Of a stretch of 64,000 nt of DNA, positions 1-7,986 are shown one piece after another. Below the pieces are notes generated by a model, which saw only the letters and a list, made by a program, of their open reading frames with translations, searched no databases and was not told where the DNA came from. Source of the DNA: a virus (lineage: Duplodnaviria; Caudoviricetes); IMG/VR virus record IMGVR_UViG_3300025018_000001; one strand, given 5' to 3'. Position numbers and translations under genes: made by a program. Numbering within the stretch: the stretch's first letter is position 1; each line of letters opens with the position of its first letter.

Positions 1-175
1 CATATAATAATGCACTCTCTTCTGCAGTACCTGTACTACCAATAGTCATACCATTAACTTGTGTTAGTTTAGAGTAGCTATTAGTTGACTTACTTTGTGT
101 CCACCCCCGTACAGTAATACTATCGGAGGCTATTTCTATTACATCAGGTAAAATTTTAACAGCAATAACACTCAT
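1..175 (-). CDS. Proteasome-beta/HslV-like Ntn-hydrolase, N-terminal part (runs off the window edge)
   Basis: Not in ORF track. ATG at 175, RBS GGAG upstream. MSVIAVKILPDVIEIASDSITVRGWTQSKSTNSYSKLTQVNGMTIGSTGTAEESALLY: N-terminal Ser, ASDS, conserved Lys and G-x-x-G pattern of Ntn proteases. Confidence 0.55.
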   Translation of the reverse strand, partial: MSVIAVKILPDVIEIASDSITVRGWTQSKSTNSYSKLTQVNGMTIGSTGTAEESALLY

Positions 176-191
176 ATTTGCTCCTTATAAA

Positions 192-725
192 TCATAAGTT
201 AAGTAAGTCGGTATAAATCTCATCTGAAGAACGGATAAGTTTATAAGGTATTTTATATTCTTCAAATATCTCAAGCATAGCATCATTAACACTACTACGA
301 AAAGTGTCATCAGTATCCCTAACACCATCAACTACGTTCCAAGAAAAGAAGTTGGGATCTAATAAGTATATAGCCTTGTAATATTTTTTAATATGTTCTG
401 ATAAGTAGTTAGCTTGTAGTAAACTAATCCAATCTGGTTTACCCACCACCCTACCGTAACATACAGAGTCTAATACACTTCTGTCTACAATTATATAGTC
501 ATACCTATCCATCTTTTCGATTTCTTTTGTAACTTGTTTAGTAGATATCCATGCTTGAGTCCTATCATCCGCCTCCCTATTTATAGGAAAAGGGCTTTCT
601 CTAGCTAGTTCATTAATTATAGCTACATTCTTACCTAGTTTCTTTAAGAACGTAGCTATACTATAAACTATAGTTGTTTTACCACACCCATGTGTGGCAC
701 TCACAGCAATAATTTTTTTGTCCAT
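192..725 (-). CDS. AAA_28/NadR-Ttd14-like P-loop nucleotide kinase/ATPase
   Basis: Walker A-like ATHGCGKTT, ELAR, IIVDRS, GVRD motifs. Confidence 0.75.
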   Translation of the reverse strand: MDKKIIAVSATHGCGKTTIVYSIATFLKKLGKNVAIINELARESPFPINREADDRTQAWISTKQVTKEIEKMDRYDYIIVDRSVLDSVCYGRVVGKPDWISLLQANYLSEHIKKYYKAIYLLDPNFFSWNVVDGVRDTDDTFRSSVNDAMLEIFEEYKIPYKLIRSSDEIYTDLLNL

Positions 726-749
726 ATAAACTCCTTGTAATACAATAAA

Positions 750-929
750 TCAGTTTACACTACTTTTCATATCAAGTAGTTTCCATAATTCAATATAACA
801 TTCATTTTCATAAAAATTACATTCCTTATCTGAACACCAGACAGTCTGACTTTTTAGATCGTAGTTACCGTGGTCACTACCACATAAAGGGCACTTTGGT
901 ATATCTTCTGTAGTATAAGTTGTAGTCAT
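750..929 (-). CDS. Small Cys-rich (zinc-ribbon) hypothetical protein, 59 aa
   Basis: Manually translated MTTTYTTEDIPKCPLCGSDHG...WCSDKEC...SVN*, AAGGA RBS. Confidence 0.7.
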   Translation of the reverse strand: MTTTYTTEDIPKCPLCGSDHGNYDLKSQTVWCSDKECNFYENECYIELWKLLDMKSSVN

Positions 930-938
930 AAATTATCC

Positions 939-1277
939 TTAATTAGAATGCCCCATAGTTCTGGAGTATTTTTGTCTTCTTTCCTGTATTACCTTATCTC
1001 TTTTTCTAATACTACCAAGAAATTTTTGTGCACACCTAGCACAACAGAAATCTTTTGTTTGATATATAAAAGAAAAGGGCTGGCGATACTCTTTCACAAC
1101 CAGGGTTATCCACAAGAAGTCATTATCATCCGCGTAAAGGTCATTTTGGCCTTTTTTCGCATACTCATCTGTAGCATGGTAGCGTTCTAGTTCAAGGTCT
1201 TTTCGTTCATGCCTCTTCATAGATACATTACAATTATCACACACATACTTATCTGTCTTATAGGTTAGCTTACTCAT
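939..1277 (-). CDS. Hypothetical protein (CxxC...CCxxC)
   Basis: ORF track, RBS, fits operon. Confidence 0.7.
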   Translation of the reverse strand: MSKLTYKTDKYVCDNCNVSMKRHERKDLELERYHATDEYAKKGQNDLYADDNDFLWITLVVKEYRQPFSFIYQTKDFCCARCAQKFLGSIRKRDKVIQERRQKYSRTMGHSN

Positions 1278-1302
1278 GGATAACTCCAGTATAATTCTTT
1301 AA

Positions 1303-1482
1303 TTAAGCTTGGTCAAACTGTACATTTTCAGATGCACATTTAGTGCATGTAAAAACTTCACCAAAAGTCTTATGACCGTCTGCCTCTTCAAACCCACAAT
1401 CCATACAAACGGCTTTGATTTTTACTTCTTTCTTTTTAGCTGTCTCTTTATTTTGTTTTAGTCTTCCGTTAGTACTATACAT
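1303..1482 (-). CDS. Small zinc-ribbon hypothetical protein, 59 aa
   Basis: Manually translated MYSTNGRL...VCMDCG...FTCTKCASENVQFDQA*, GGAGG RBS. Confidence 0.7.
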   Translation of the reverse strand: MYSTNGRLKQNKETAKKKEVKIKAVCMDCGFEEADGHKTFGEVFTCTKCASENVQFDQA

Positions 1483-1484
1483 TA

Positions 1485-2000
1485 TTAACCTCCGTTATTT
1501 AGTAGTAAAGGGTCTTCAGGCATAAAATCAAAGAAAGCTGGATCTTGAGACACTAAATAAGGGGCAGATACGTCTAAGCATCTGACATTTTCAGACGCCA
1601 AGTATTTATATTTTGGATCTTTCCCCCATATGCGTAATCTCTCAGTGATAATCTTCCTTCCAAGACCTTGCTGTATCATATTATTAAACTGTCTCTGATA
1701 CTTATATCTTATGTACCGTATGTAACCACTACGCATAAATTCCCAGATAATTTCATCTTTTTTATCAAGCATACTATCTGCTGTAGTTATAACTATATAA
1801 CGATACCCTGCAAATAGGTCGTACAATTTTTGCATTGCATAGCTATAATCAAGTGGGTCTATACCTATAATAACAATACCTAATTCACCCACCTCAAAAC
1901 AATCAGGTAAGTTACTACCTAATGGTACCCGCTTATGGGGTACCATGAAGGTAGTTAACATTATAGAAATCTCAGTTGGTAGTTCTTCTAAACTATACAT
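1485..2000 (-). CDS. Hypothetical protein
   Basis: ORF track, start overlaps stop of upstream ATPase gene. Confidence 0.75.
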   Translation of the reverse strand: MYSLEELPTEISIMLTTFMVPHKRVPLGSNLPDCFEVGELGIVIIGIDPLDYSYAMQKLYDLFAGYRYIVITTADSMLDKKDEIIWEFMRSGYIRYIRYKYQRQFNNMIQQGLGRKIITERLRIWGKDPKYKYLASENVRCLDVSAPYLVSQDPAFFDFMPEDPLLLNNGG

Positions 2001-3936
2001 TAGCTATTTCCTTTAAATTCCCTTTAGTGTCGCTTTCCAAGTAAGTAGGTGCCTTGCTTGGTTTTTTAGTAAACTTAAAAGTAACTCCACCTTTAGCTGT
2101 AGTAACTGTAACTATAGTATTAATAGCTGTAACACCCTTCAACAACTGTACGGCTAAAGGGGTAGATATATATCGCTCAATCGCTCTTTTCAAAGGACGG
2201 GCGCCATATTCTTTAGTAATACCTTTCTCGTATATGAACTCACAAACCTTTTTATCAAATAGTATTTCGATATCTTTATACTTAGTTTTGTTACTCTGAA
2301 GATTAGTATTCAATTTAAAAAGTTCTATATCAATAATTCTAAAATAATCCTCTTTAGTAAGGTCGTTAAAATAAATTACTTCGTCTAATCTATTTAAGAA
2401 TTCTGGTTTAAATTTTTGCTTTAAAGCCTTCTCTATTGCACGCTCTTTTTTATCCTCAGTAACTACACTAACGTCACCAAAGCCAATGGTTTTAGATATA
2501 CTAGCAATATTTTCAACACCTACGTTAGAGGTCATAATAATTACAGTGTCTTTAAATGATACCTTAGTACCTTTATTGTCTGTAAGTCGCCCCTCCTCTA
2601 ATACCTGTAAAAGTAGTTGATATATTTTAGAAGACGCTTTCTCAATCTCATCAAACACTACTACGCTAAAGGGATTTTCAATAATAGCATTAGTTAATAA
2701 GCCACCATTTTCATAGCCTTGATAACCATTAGGGGAACCAATTAACTTAGAATACTCGTGGTCTGCGGAATACTCTGAGCAGTCTATAGTAATTAAGTTA
2801 TCCCTATCCTTTATCAACTCATTGGCTAATATTTTACCAGTTAAACTCTTACCACAACCTGTAGAGCCAGCGAATAAGAAAGAACCTATAGGTTTTACAG
2901 GGTCTTTTAAACCAACACTTGCTCTTTGTATTGCTTCAGTTAAGCTGTTAACTACCTTATCCTGCCCTATTAGGGACACCTTCATGTTAGTAGCTAAATT
3001 TAATAGGTCTTCCTCAGGAACGTCAGCAAAGACTTTCTTCTTCTTGTCCACTTTGTTTGCAAATTGGTCCATAGCGGTAGCTCCTGAAGACATAGTTTTT
3101 TTTCCGGTACCACAGTCAGTACACTCTGACTGTTTCTTATCCTTATTAGAAAGCTCTTGTGCATTTTCATAAGTTAAAAATGTATTACAAGAATGACATA
3201 TATCATATAACTCTTTCATCAACAGAGGGGGCGACACTCTGGCAGGTACACCCATATTCTCAAGGGTCTGAAAAAGGACTTCAAAATCTTCAATGCATAA
3301 TGTTACAATAAATGTATTAAAACTAACACTGCTATGAAAAAAGCGATTACCAATTAGTTTTGCTAAATCCTTTTCTTTAAACACTTTAACTGAAACATAC
3401 CTACCTATACGCTTCCACCACTTATCTTTAGTATCATAAACAGGGACATCACTAACTTTTTCTATAGGGTTACCTTGCGCGTCAACAAAACCATCTACCA
3501 GTTCTTGGTCCGGTGTTACACCCATTTCAGGTATGTAATCCCATAAAGGATTATCAGCCAAAGCTATAGTATCCTCTGGGTCTGTAATCAAAGATTTTAA
3601 TTTTAAAATATGATTTTTATTAATAATAATATTGTCATAAGCAAGGCTAGGATTTTTATCCATAATGGCATTGATTATACTATTACGAAGCTCATGAAAA
3701 TCTAAAGTAGACGCAAGAACTTCTTCACTTATCTTATGAAGTATCTGATTAATATTGGCTACACATGTAGCAATTAAGTAGTCGTCAAACAAAATTTTAG
3801 CTACTAACCCATCATCCTTAGCAAAAAAGGCTAATTTATCTTCTATATCTTCTTCTTTGATTTCAAGAATGAGTAGATTAAATTCAATCAAGTCACAGAA
3901 AACTTCATGTACTTCATAATTAACATTGTCAGTCAT
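1993..3936 (-). CDS. ClpA/ClpB-type AAA+ ATPase with only the D2 module and a novel N-terminal half
   Basis: GSTGCGKS Walker A, VVVFDEIEKA Walker B, IIMTSN, PEFLNRLD, YGARPLKR sensor 2. Confidence 0.88.
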   Translation of the reverse strand: MTDNVNYEVHEVFCDLIEFNLLILEIKEEDIEDKLAFFAKDDGLVAKILFDDYLIATCVANINQILHKISEEVLASTLDFHELRNSIINAIMDKNPSLAYDNIIINKNHILKLKSLITDPEDTIALADNPLWDYIPEMGVTPDQELVDGFVDAQGNPIEKVSDVPVYDTKDKWWKRIGRYVSVKVFKEKDLAKLIGNRFFHSSVSFNTFIVTLCIEDFEVLFQTLENMGVPARVSPPLLMKELYDICHSCNTFLTYENAQELSNKDKKQSECTDCGTGKKTMSSGATAMDQFANKVDKKKKVFADVPEEDLLNLATNMKVSLIGQDKVVNSLTEAIQRASVGLKDPVKPIGSFLFAGSTGCGKSLTGKILANELIKDRDNLITIDCSEYSADHEYSKLIGSPNGYQGYENGGLLTNAIIENPFSVVVFDEIEKASSKIYQLLLQVLEEGRLTDNKGTKVSFKDTVIIMTSNVGVENIASISKTIGFGDVSVVTEDKKERAIEKALKQKFKPEFLNRLDEVIYFNDLTKEDYFRIIDIELFKLNTNLQSNKTKYKDIEILFDKKVCEFIYEKGITKEYGARPLKRAIERYISTPLAVQLLKGVTAINTIVTVTTAKGGVTFKFTKKPSKAPTYLESDTKGNLKEIANV

Positions 3937-3950
3937 TAATAATGCCTCAC

Positions 3951-4871
3951 TTATTTAGAATTTAAAAATGTTACCATGTCGAGAGCGTCTGAGTATAACA
4001 TAGTATCTAGTGATTCTGGTATGCTGCTTTCTCTTGTAGCATAAAATTCTTTGGCTGCTTCTTCAAAAGAAACATTCTTTGCAGAAAGCCTAGTATTAAT
4101 TGCTACTTTTTGTACCATAGTCAAAGCGTGTTCTGCACCTTTTTCTGAGCTAGGTGTATTAGGAGTACTGGGCATAGACCCTGGCACTGCTGTCATTTTA
4201 GGTAACACACTTGGTCCACTTGGTACACTTGGTACACTTGGTACACTTGGTACACTACCACTTGTGGGTGTTAACACTTTAGCTACTTCCTCTGCAACTG
4301 ATTCTATAGCTGTATTACTCATACCACCTGGAACATTTGGAGTACTTTGCTTGCCTGTTGGTGGTGTCGGTGGTGTAGATGAAAAAGATGGTGGAGTATC
4401 CACCGATGCCGTTGCCCCCATTGGGAAAGCGGTACCTGTTGTAGAATTAGGCATTGCTGTCTTTGGCATAGACGGAGTAAATGATGTACTCGTTGAACTA
4501 TCTGATTCATCATCATCCCCTTCCTCAAGAAATAAGCCTACGCCCCAGTTTCTGGCGGCACTTTTTATAGCCTTTGAAGTTGCTGATTTAAAAACATTAC
4601 CTAAGTCAACACCTCTAAATTTTTTAGCTGAGCCAAACCCATCTTGTTTTGCTAATACTCTACCTTCATCATCATATACTCTAAGTGATGCCAGTACTAA
4701 TACTTCGTCATCAATTACCTTATGTTCTAAAATTTCTAATCCCCAATTACAATTGAAAGCTTTGTTCAACCTATCAAGTACATATTTTGTTTTAACATAC
4801 TTAAACCCCTGTCCTGGTTTTTGGTCAACTTTCAAGTCTTCGTATAATTTATCTATAACATGTTGTTCCAT
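3951..4871 (-). CDS. Rad52/Rad22 (Sak-like) ssDNA annealing protein with Pro/Ser/Thr-rich linker
   Basis: Y V..RLN.AF...W, DGFGS, N.FKSA.S.AIK.AA..WGVG motifs. Confidence 0.85.
   Translation of the reverse strand: MEQHVIDKLYEDLKVDQKPGQGFKYVKTKYVLDRLNKAFNCNWGLEILEHKVIDDEVLVLASLRVYDDEGRVLAKQDGFGSAKKFRGVDLGNVFKSATSKAIKSAARNWGVGLFLEEGDDDESDSSTSTSFTPSMPKTAMPNSTTGTAFPMGATASVDTPPSFSSTPPTPPTGKQSTPNVPGGMSNTAIESVAEEVAKVLTPTSGSVPSVPSVPSVPSGPSVLPKMTAVPGSMPSTPNTPSSEKGAEHALTMVQKVAINTRLSAKNVSFEEAAKEFYATRESSIPESLDTMLYSDALDMVTFLNSK
4208..4256. repeat. 9-bp tandem repeat (CACTTGGTA) x5 plus partial copy, encoding (VPS)n in the Rad52-like linker
   Basis: Read directly from sequence. Confidence 0.95.
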
Positions 4872-4906
4872 AATAACTCCTTTTGGTTAAATTTCAATTA
4901 TGGTTA

Positions 4907-4935
4907 ATTATAACTCACTAGTTTGTGTTTGTCAA
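4907..4935 (-). promoter_or_regulatory. Consensus sigma70 promoter for the Rad52/Clp operon
   Basis: TTGACA-N17-TATAAT. Confidence 0.85.
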
Positions 4936-4938
4936 CCA

Positions 4939-5097
4939 TTAATCAGTCTTTCTACTTGGATGTTTCTTTTTTCTACAATAAATAGTTTTATCTTTAACTA
5001 CTTTTGTTTGTGTATTATACTCTAAAAATTCTTTACGTGCAAGCTTTTTTATTAACTTTGTTCTTCTTTTTACTAAGTCATCCTTTTTGTTTGACAC
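4939..5097 (-). CDS. Small basic protein with ArfA-like motif (alternative ribosome-rescue factor-like), 52 aa
   Basis: Not in track. GTG start: VSNKKDDLVKRRTKLIKKLARKEFLEYNTQTKVVKDKTIYCRKKKHPSRKTD*; KVVKxKxxYxRKxKH resembles the ArfA core. Confidence 0.5.
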   Translation of the reverse strand: MSNKKDDLVKRRTKLIKKLARKEFLEYNTQTKVVKDKTIYCRKKKHPSRKTD

Positions 5098-5103
5098 GGC
5101 ATA

Positions 5104-5268
5104 CTACCCCCAAAATGTTCCAGGTATAAGCTCACAGTCAAAGTAATCCTTCAAGATATAAATATCTCTTTCAGAAAGGCCAGCATCTTTAATTTCATTC
5201 ACTAATAAGCTTATACGCTTTTTTATTATTTTTAATTTTTCAATTTCTTTTTTATCTTGTTTATCCAC
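5104..5268 (-). CDS. Hypothetical protein, 54 aa, ends in TAG in frame with the ArfA-like ORF
   Basis: Not in track. AGGAG RBS, GTG start, VDKQDKKEIEKLK...LIPGTFWG*. Confidence 0.6.
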   Translation of the reverse strand: MDKQDKKEIEKLKIIKKRISLLVNEIKDAGLSERDIYILKDYFDCELIPGTFWG

Positions 5269-5304
5269 ATATACTCCTATAATTGAAATTAAAAAACTAC
5301 ACTA

Positions 5305-5505
5305 CTAAAAGCTAGTGGTGTAGTTTTCCTCTGTAGAGTTCTGTATAAACTCGTCTGGGTCAATGAGCTTGTAGCTTATAACCTTATTACCATCTTCATC
5401 AAAAGCATCCACAAAAAGAAAAGCGGACTCGAATGCATCTTCCGACGAAAAATATATTGCTTCAGGTCCATCTTCGGACGATGCAACAAAGTAAACGGCC
5501 TCCAT
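5305..5505 (-). CDS. Acidic hypothetical protein
   Basis: ORF track, AGGAG RBS, TAG TAG double stop. Confidence 0.7.
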   Translation of the reverse strand: MEAVYFVASSEDGPEAIYFSSEDAFESAFLFVDAFDEDGNKVISYKLIDPDEFIQNSTEENYTTSF

Positions 5506-5570
5506 AAATATCTCCTGTATAAATTTTTAAACTGAATACTACCTCTATTGTATACAAGAAACATTATTAG

Positions 5571-6290
5571 TTATTTTGCTGTAGCCATTACATTGTCTAC
5601 TACTTGTTCATACCCAGGCCAATTATCTACACCACTGCCTTCTAAAGCTATAAGAAAATTATTGTTTTTAATTAACATAGCATATTCTTCTTTTGATATA
5701 GTTACTGATTTTGATGCTAACCATTGCCTTAATCCAGCTAACATATAGGAAAAATCATCAAAAAATAAAACCCCGTACACATTTTCGTTATATGGATACC
5801 TTATAGACATTACAGGTAAACCTATACTAACAGCATATTGCTGACTTGAAGGGCTATCATCTATAAATAAATCAGCATCTTGCAACAAAGGGTGTTTATC
5901 ATCAACTGTATGAAGTTCATCAAAGAATATATTATGTTTATTAAGCCAAGCTTTAGTTGCTGCCTTAGATTTATATGTTCTATGAGAAGCTATTTTAACA
6001 TAGAAGCCAGAATTATGCAACATATTTGTCAGCTTACCCGCGCCTTCAAAACAACCAAACTCCTCTTGACGCATATGTACCGCGTCAATAGTCTGTTGAA
6101 AAATATGATCATCCATAAAACCCTCACCAAAATTCCAGCTATTCGTACTTCCTGGGAAGGGTATATCCGGGTTTATCTTTATAAGTTCTTCATACCAAGC
6201 AGGTGCCATAGACCATAGAATACCATCAATATCTACAACCGCTATTCTTTTATACATAGTGTCTCTTTGGAAAAAATCTTTTTTAACCAT
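5571..6290 (-). CDS. HAD-superfamily 5'(3')-deoxyribonucleotidase (NT5C-like)
   Basis: VVDIDG motif I, FIDDSP motif IV. Confidence 0.8.
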   Translation of the reverse strand: MVKKDFFQRDTMYKRIAVVDIDGILWSMAPAWYEELIKINPDIPFPGSTNSWNFGEGFMDDHIFQQTIDAVHMRQEEFGCFEGAGKLTNMLHNSGFYVKIASHRTYKSKAATKAWLNKHNIFFDELHTVDDKHPLLQDADLFIDDSPSSQQYAVSIGLPVMSIRYPYNENVYGVLFFDDFSYMLAGLRQWLASKSVTISKEEYAMLIKNNNFLIALEGSGVDNWPGYEQVVDNVMATAK

Positions 6291-6326
6291 GTTAGTAATC
6301 CTTTATTTTTCTTTTTAGTTTATATA

Positions 6327-6413
6327 CGGATAGAGAGGGATTTGAACCCTCGGTGGCTTTTATACCACACTTGTTTAGCAGACAAGCACCATAGGCCTCT
6401 CGGTCATCTATCC
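6327..6413 (-). tRNA. tRNA-Ser(GCT)
   Basis: Cloverleaf, anticodon arm CTTGT-CT GCT AA-ACAAG, long variable arm, GGTTCAAATCC T-arm. Confidence 0.95.
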
Positions 6414-6418
6414 TTAAA

Positions 6419-6604
6419 TTAGGAATTAGTAGATAGTAGTTCTGGTATAATAGTACTAGTTACTAAGCTTTTGTTTTTAACGCCAGAGTACATCTCTCTC
6501 AATAATGACATCTTAGCGTGACGTCGCTCATCAAACGTTACTTCTGATACTGGTTTCTTAAACATTCTGGCTGCCAATGATTTATAAAAGTCATATTCTT
6601 CCAT
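6419..6604 (-). CDS. Mini-protein resembling the DNA polymerase A fingers (helix N-O, motif B) segment
   Basis: DFYKSLAARMFKKPVSEVTFDERRHAKMSLLREMY aligns with PolA DLHTVNAARIYEVPYDKVTPEQRKASKAISFGLAY. Confidence 0.6.
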   Translation of the reverse strand: MEEYDFYKSLAARMFKKPVSEVTFDERRHAKMSLLREMYSGVKNKSLVTSTIIPELLSTNS

Positions 6605-6615
6605 TAATTATTACC

Positions 6616-6918
6616 TCAGTATTTAATTTTATGTGCCTTTTTGTGGCACTTACTACATATGGTTACTAAATTTTTAGCTGGCTCGTTCCATGGGTATTTC
6701 CTGGTGTACTTTAAGTGATGAAGGTGTAGCATTGTTTCTGTGTCGCCACACTCTTTACATTTCCAACCATCTCTTTCAAATATCTTAAGTCTTTTCTTTT
6801 GCCATTTTGGGTGTTGCAAAGCTAAAGCATACTGCTCTTTAGTGAGTTTGACATAGGGTTTTCCTATAACTTTGGCTTGGGCTTTCTTTTTTATTTGTTT
6901 GGTCTTTGGTTTTTTCAT
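6616..6918 (-). CDS. HNH endonuclease
   Basis: RD.W.CKECG, LHLHH, NLVTICSKCH. Confidence 0.88.
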   Translation of the reverse strand: MKKPKTKQIKKKAQAKVIGKPYVKLTKEQYALALQHPKWQKKRLKIFERDGWKCKECGDTETMLHLHHLKYTRKYPWNEPAKNLVTICSKCHKKAHKIKY

Positions 6919-6922
6919 ATAC

Positions 6923-7225
6923 TTAGTACACTCTTAAACTATTATTATAGATTTCAAATACGCCAGAGTTACCTGTTCTCAAATGTACAATTGTAAACTC
7001 ATCGCCCTCGTAAACCCATTCTTGGCCAAAGGCCGTAAAAGTTGTACAACTATTACCATCAATAACATCATTATACTCTGGTGCTACGTGTATTTTGTAG
7101 TCATCTAATTTCCAATGATAAAATTCATTAATATAAATAGAGTGAGTATTATTATACATAGTGTCACAATTAAAATATCTCATTAATTCTTCTCTAGCCG
7201 TGAAGTAGTCATAAAATAATTTCAT
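6923..7225 (-). CDS. Hypothetical protein
   Basis: ORF track, GGAGG RBS. Confidence 0.7.
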   Translation of the reverse strand: MKLFYDYFTAREELMRYFNCDTMYNNTHSIYINEFYHWKLDDYKIHVAPEYNDVIDGNSCTTFTAFGQEWVYEGDEFTIVHLRTGNSGVFEIYNNSLRVY

Positions 7226-7235
7226 ACAGACCTCC

Positions 7236-7631
7236 TTATAAAAGTTTTAAATCCCCTGTTATTTTATCAATATCTTCACTAACCCAAGGACCTATACCGA
7301 CACAAGTGTATGTGGGTACACCACCAAATTCTGTTCGACCAGCGTCTCTTATTAAAGCACAAGGAATACAAGCTTCTTTAGACCTAATGTATATATCCAT
7401 GAGAGCCTCTTCACTATCCACACTTACAACAATTTTGGTAAAGGAGCTATCCAACCAATGTTTTATAGGATCTGGTGCAAAAATAGGGTCTACATCATCA
7501 TCTCTTATTGCTTGATTTATGTCAAGCTCAGCAAGTATTACAGCTAAACTTGCATGGGCGCCTTGCGCAATCATCTTACCTTTACGCATATTTAAATCTT
7601 TACGCATAACAATAACTTGTTTTGTTTCCAT
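7236..7631 (-). CDS. pth2: Peptidyl-tRNA hydrolase, Pth2 (archaeal/eukaryotic) family
   Basis: KQVIVMRKDL.M.KGKMIAQGAHA, KIVV, IRDAGRTE, TCVGIGP: full Pth2 signature. Confidence 0.93.
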   Translation of the reverse strand: METKQVIVMRKDLNMRKGKMIAQGAHASLAVILAELDINQAIRDDDVDPIFAPDPIKHWLDSSFTKIVVSVDSEEALMDIYIRSKEACIPCALIRDAGRTEFGGVPTYTCVGIGPWVSEDIDKITGDLKLL

Positions 7632-7852
7632 TAAAAAATCTCCATACGTATTGTAGCATCAGAAACAAATGCTTCTGAGTATTTGTGACCCATTGTTCTT
7701 GTATAAACCATATCTATATCTATAGAATGTTCTGCACAACGTATGCCTGACTTCTCTTTAAAGTCTTCTAAGATTCTAGATACTTCTTTTGCTATCTCAC
7801 TTTCTGCTTCTTTTTTCATTTTAGAAAGTTCTTTTACTGTTATGTCGTACAT
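7631..7852 (-). CDS. Hypothetical protein (start revised to MYDITV so it does not overlap the tRNA)
   Basis: AAGGAG RBS immediately after the tRNA 3' end. Confidence 0.7.
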   Translation of the reverse strand: MYDITVKELSKMKKEAESEIAKEVSRILEDFKEKSGIRCAEHSIDIDMVYTRTMGHKYSEAFVSDATIRMEIF

Positions 7853-7864
7853 ATTAACTCCTTT

Positions 7865-7936
7865 TGCCTCCAGAGGGAATCGAACCCCCGTCACACTATT
7901 TTAGAGGTAGTTGTTCCACCATTGAACTATGAAGGC
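7865..7936 (-). tRNA. Amber suppressor tRNA, anticodon CUA
   Basis: GCCTTCA/TGGAGGC acceptor, GTTC/GAAC D-stem, ACTAC-CT CTA AA-ATAGT anticodon arm (C.A mismatch at 31-39), GGGGG-TTCGATT-CCCTC T-arm, A73. Confidence 0.88.
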
Positions 7937-7948
7937 TTCTAATTTAAA

Positions 7949-7982
7949 TAGAGCCGTACATAAATAGTTAGGTACGGCTCTA
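7949..7982 (-). terminator. 11-bp hairpin between the Pth2-like gene and the suppressor tRNA (weak terminator or processing signal)
   Basis: TAGAGCCGTAC-N12-GTACGGCTCTA followed by TTTAAATT. Confidence 0.55.
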
Positions 7983-7986
7983 AGTT

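Noticed and set aside
4208-4256. CRISPR array
   Set aside because: 9-bp in-frame coding repeat without spacers; no repeat-spacer array seen anywhere in the window
4051-4890. 279-aa plus-strand ORF and the other antisense ORFs in the track (e.g. 2054, 2822, 18439, 49383, 51074, 55035)
   Set aside because: Shadows of well-supported minus-strand genes, with no RBS or motifs
4939-5505. One 189-codon gene interrupted by TAG TAG and TAG
   Set aside because: The frame is continuous, but the double TAG and a clear AGGAG RBS before GTG 5268 favour separate genes; only the single-TAG junction is kept as a finding
7853-7894. Track N-terminal extensions of ORFs 7631..7894 and 13842..14099
   Set aside because: They run through tRNA genes; downstream ATGs with proper RBS exist
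7865-7936. tRNA-Pyl identity for the CUA tRNA
   Set aside because: Canonical D-loop with GG, TTCG T-loop, 5-nt variable loop and A73; tRNA-Pyl has a shortened D-loop, extended anticodon stem and G73
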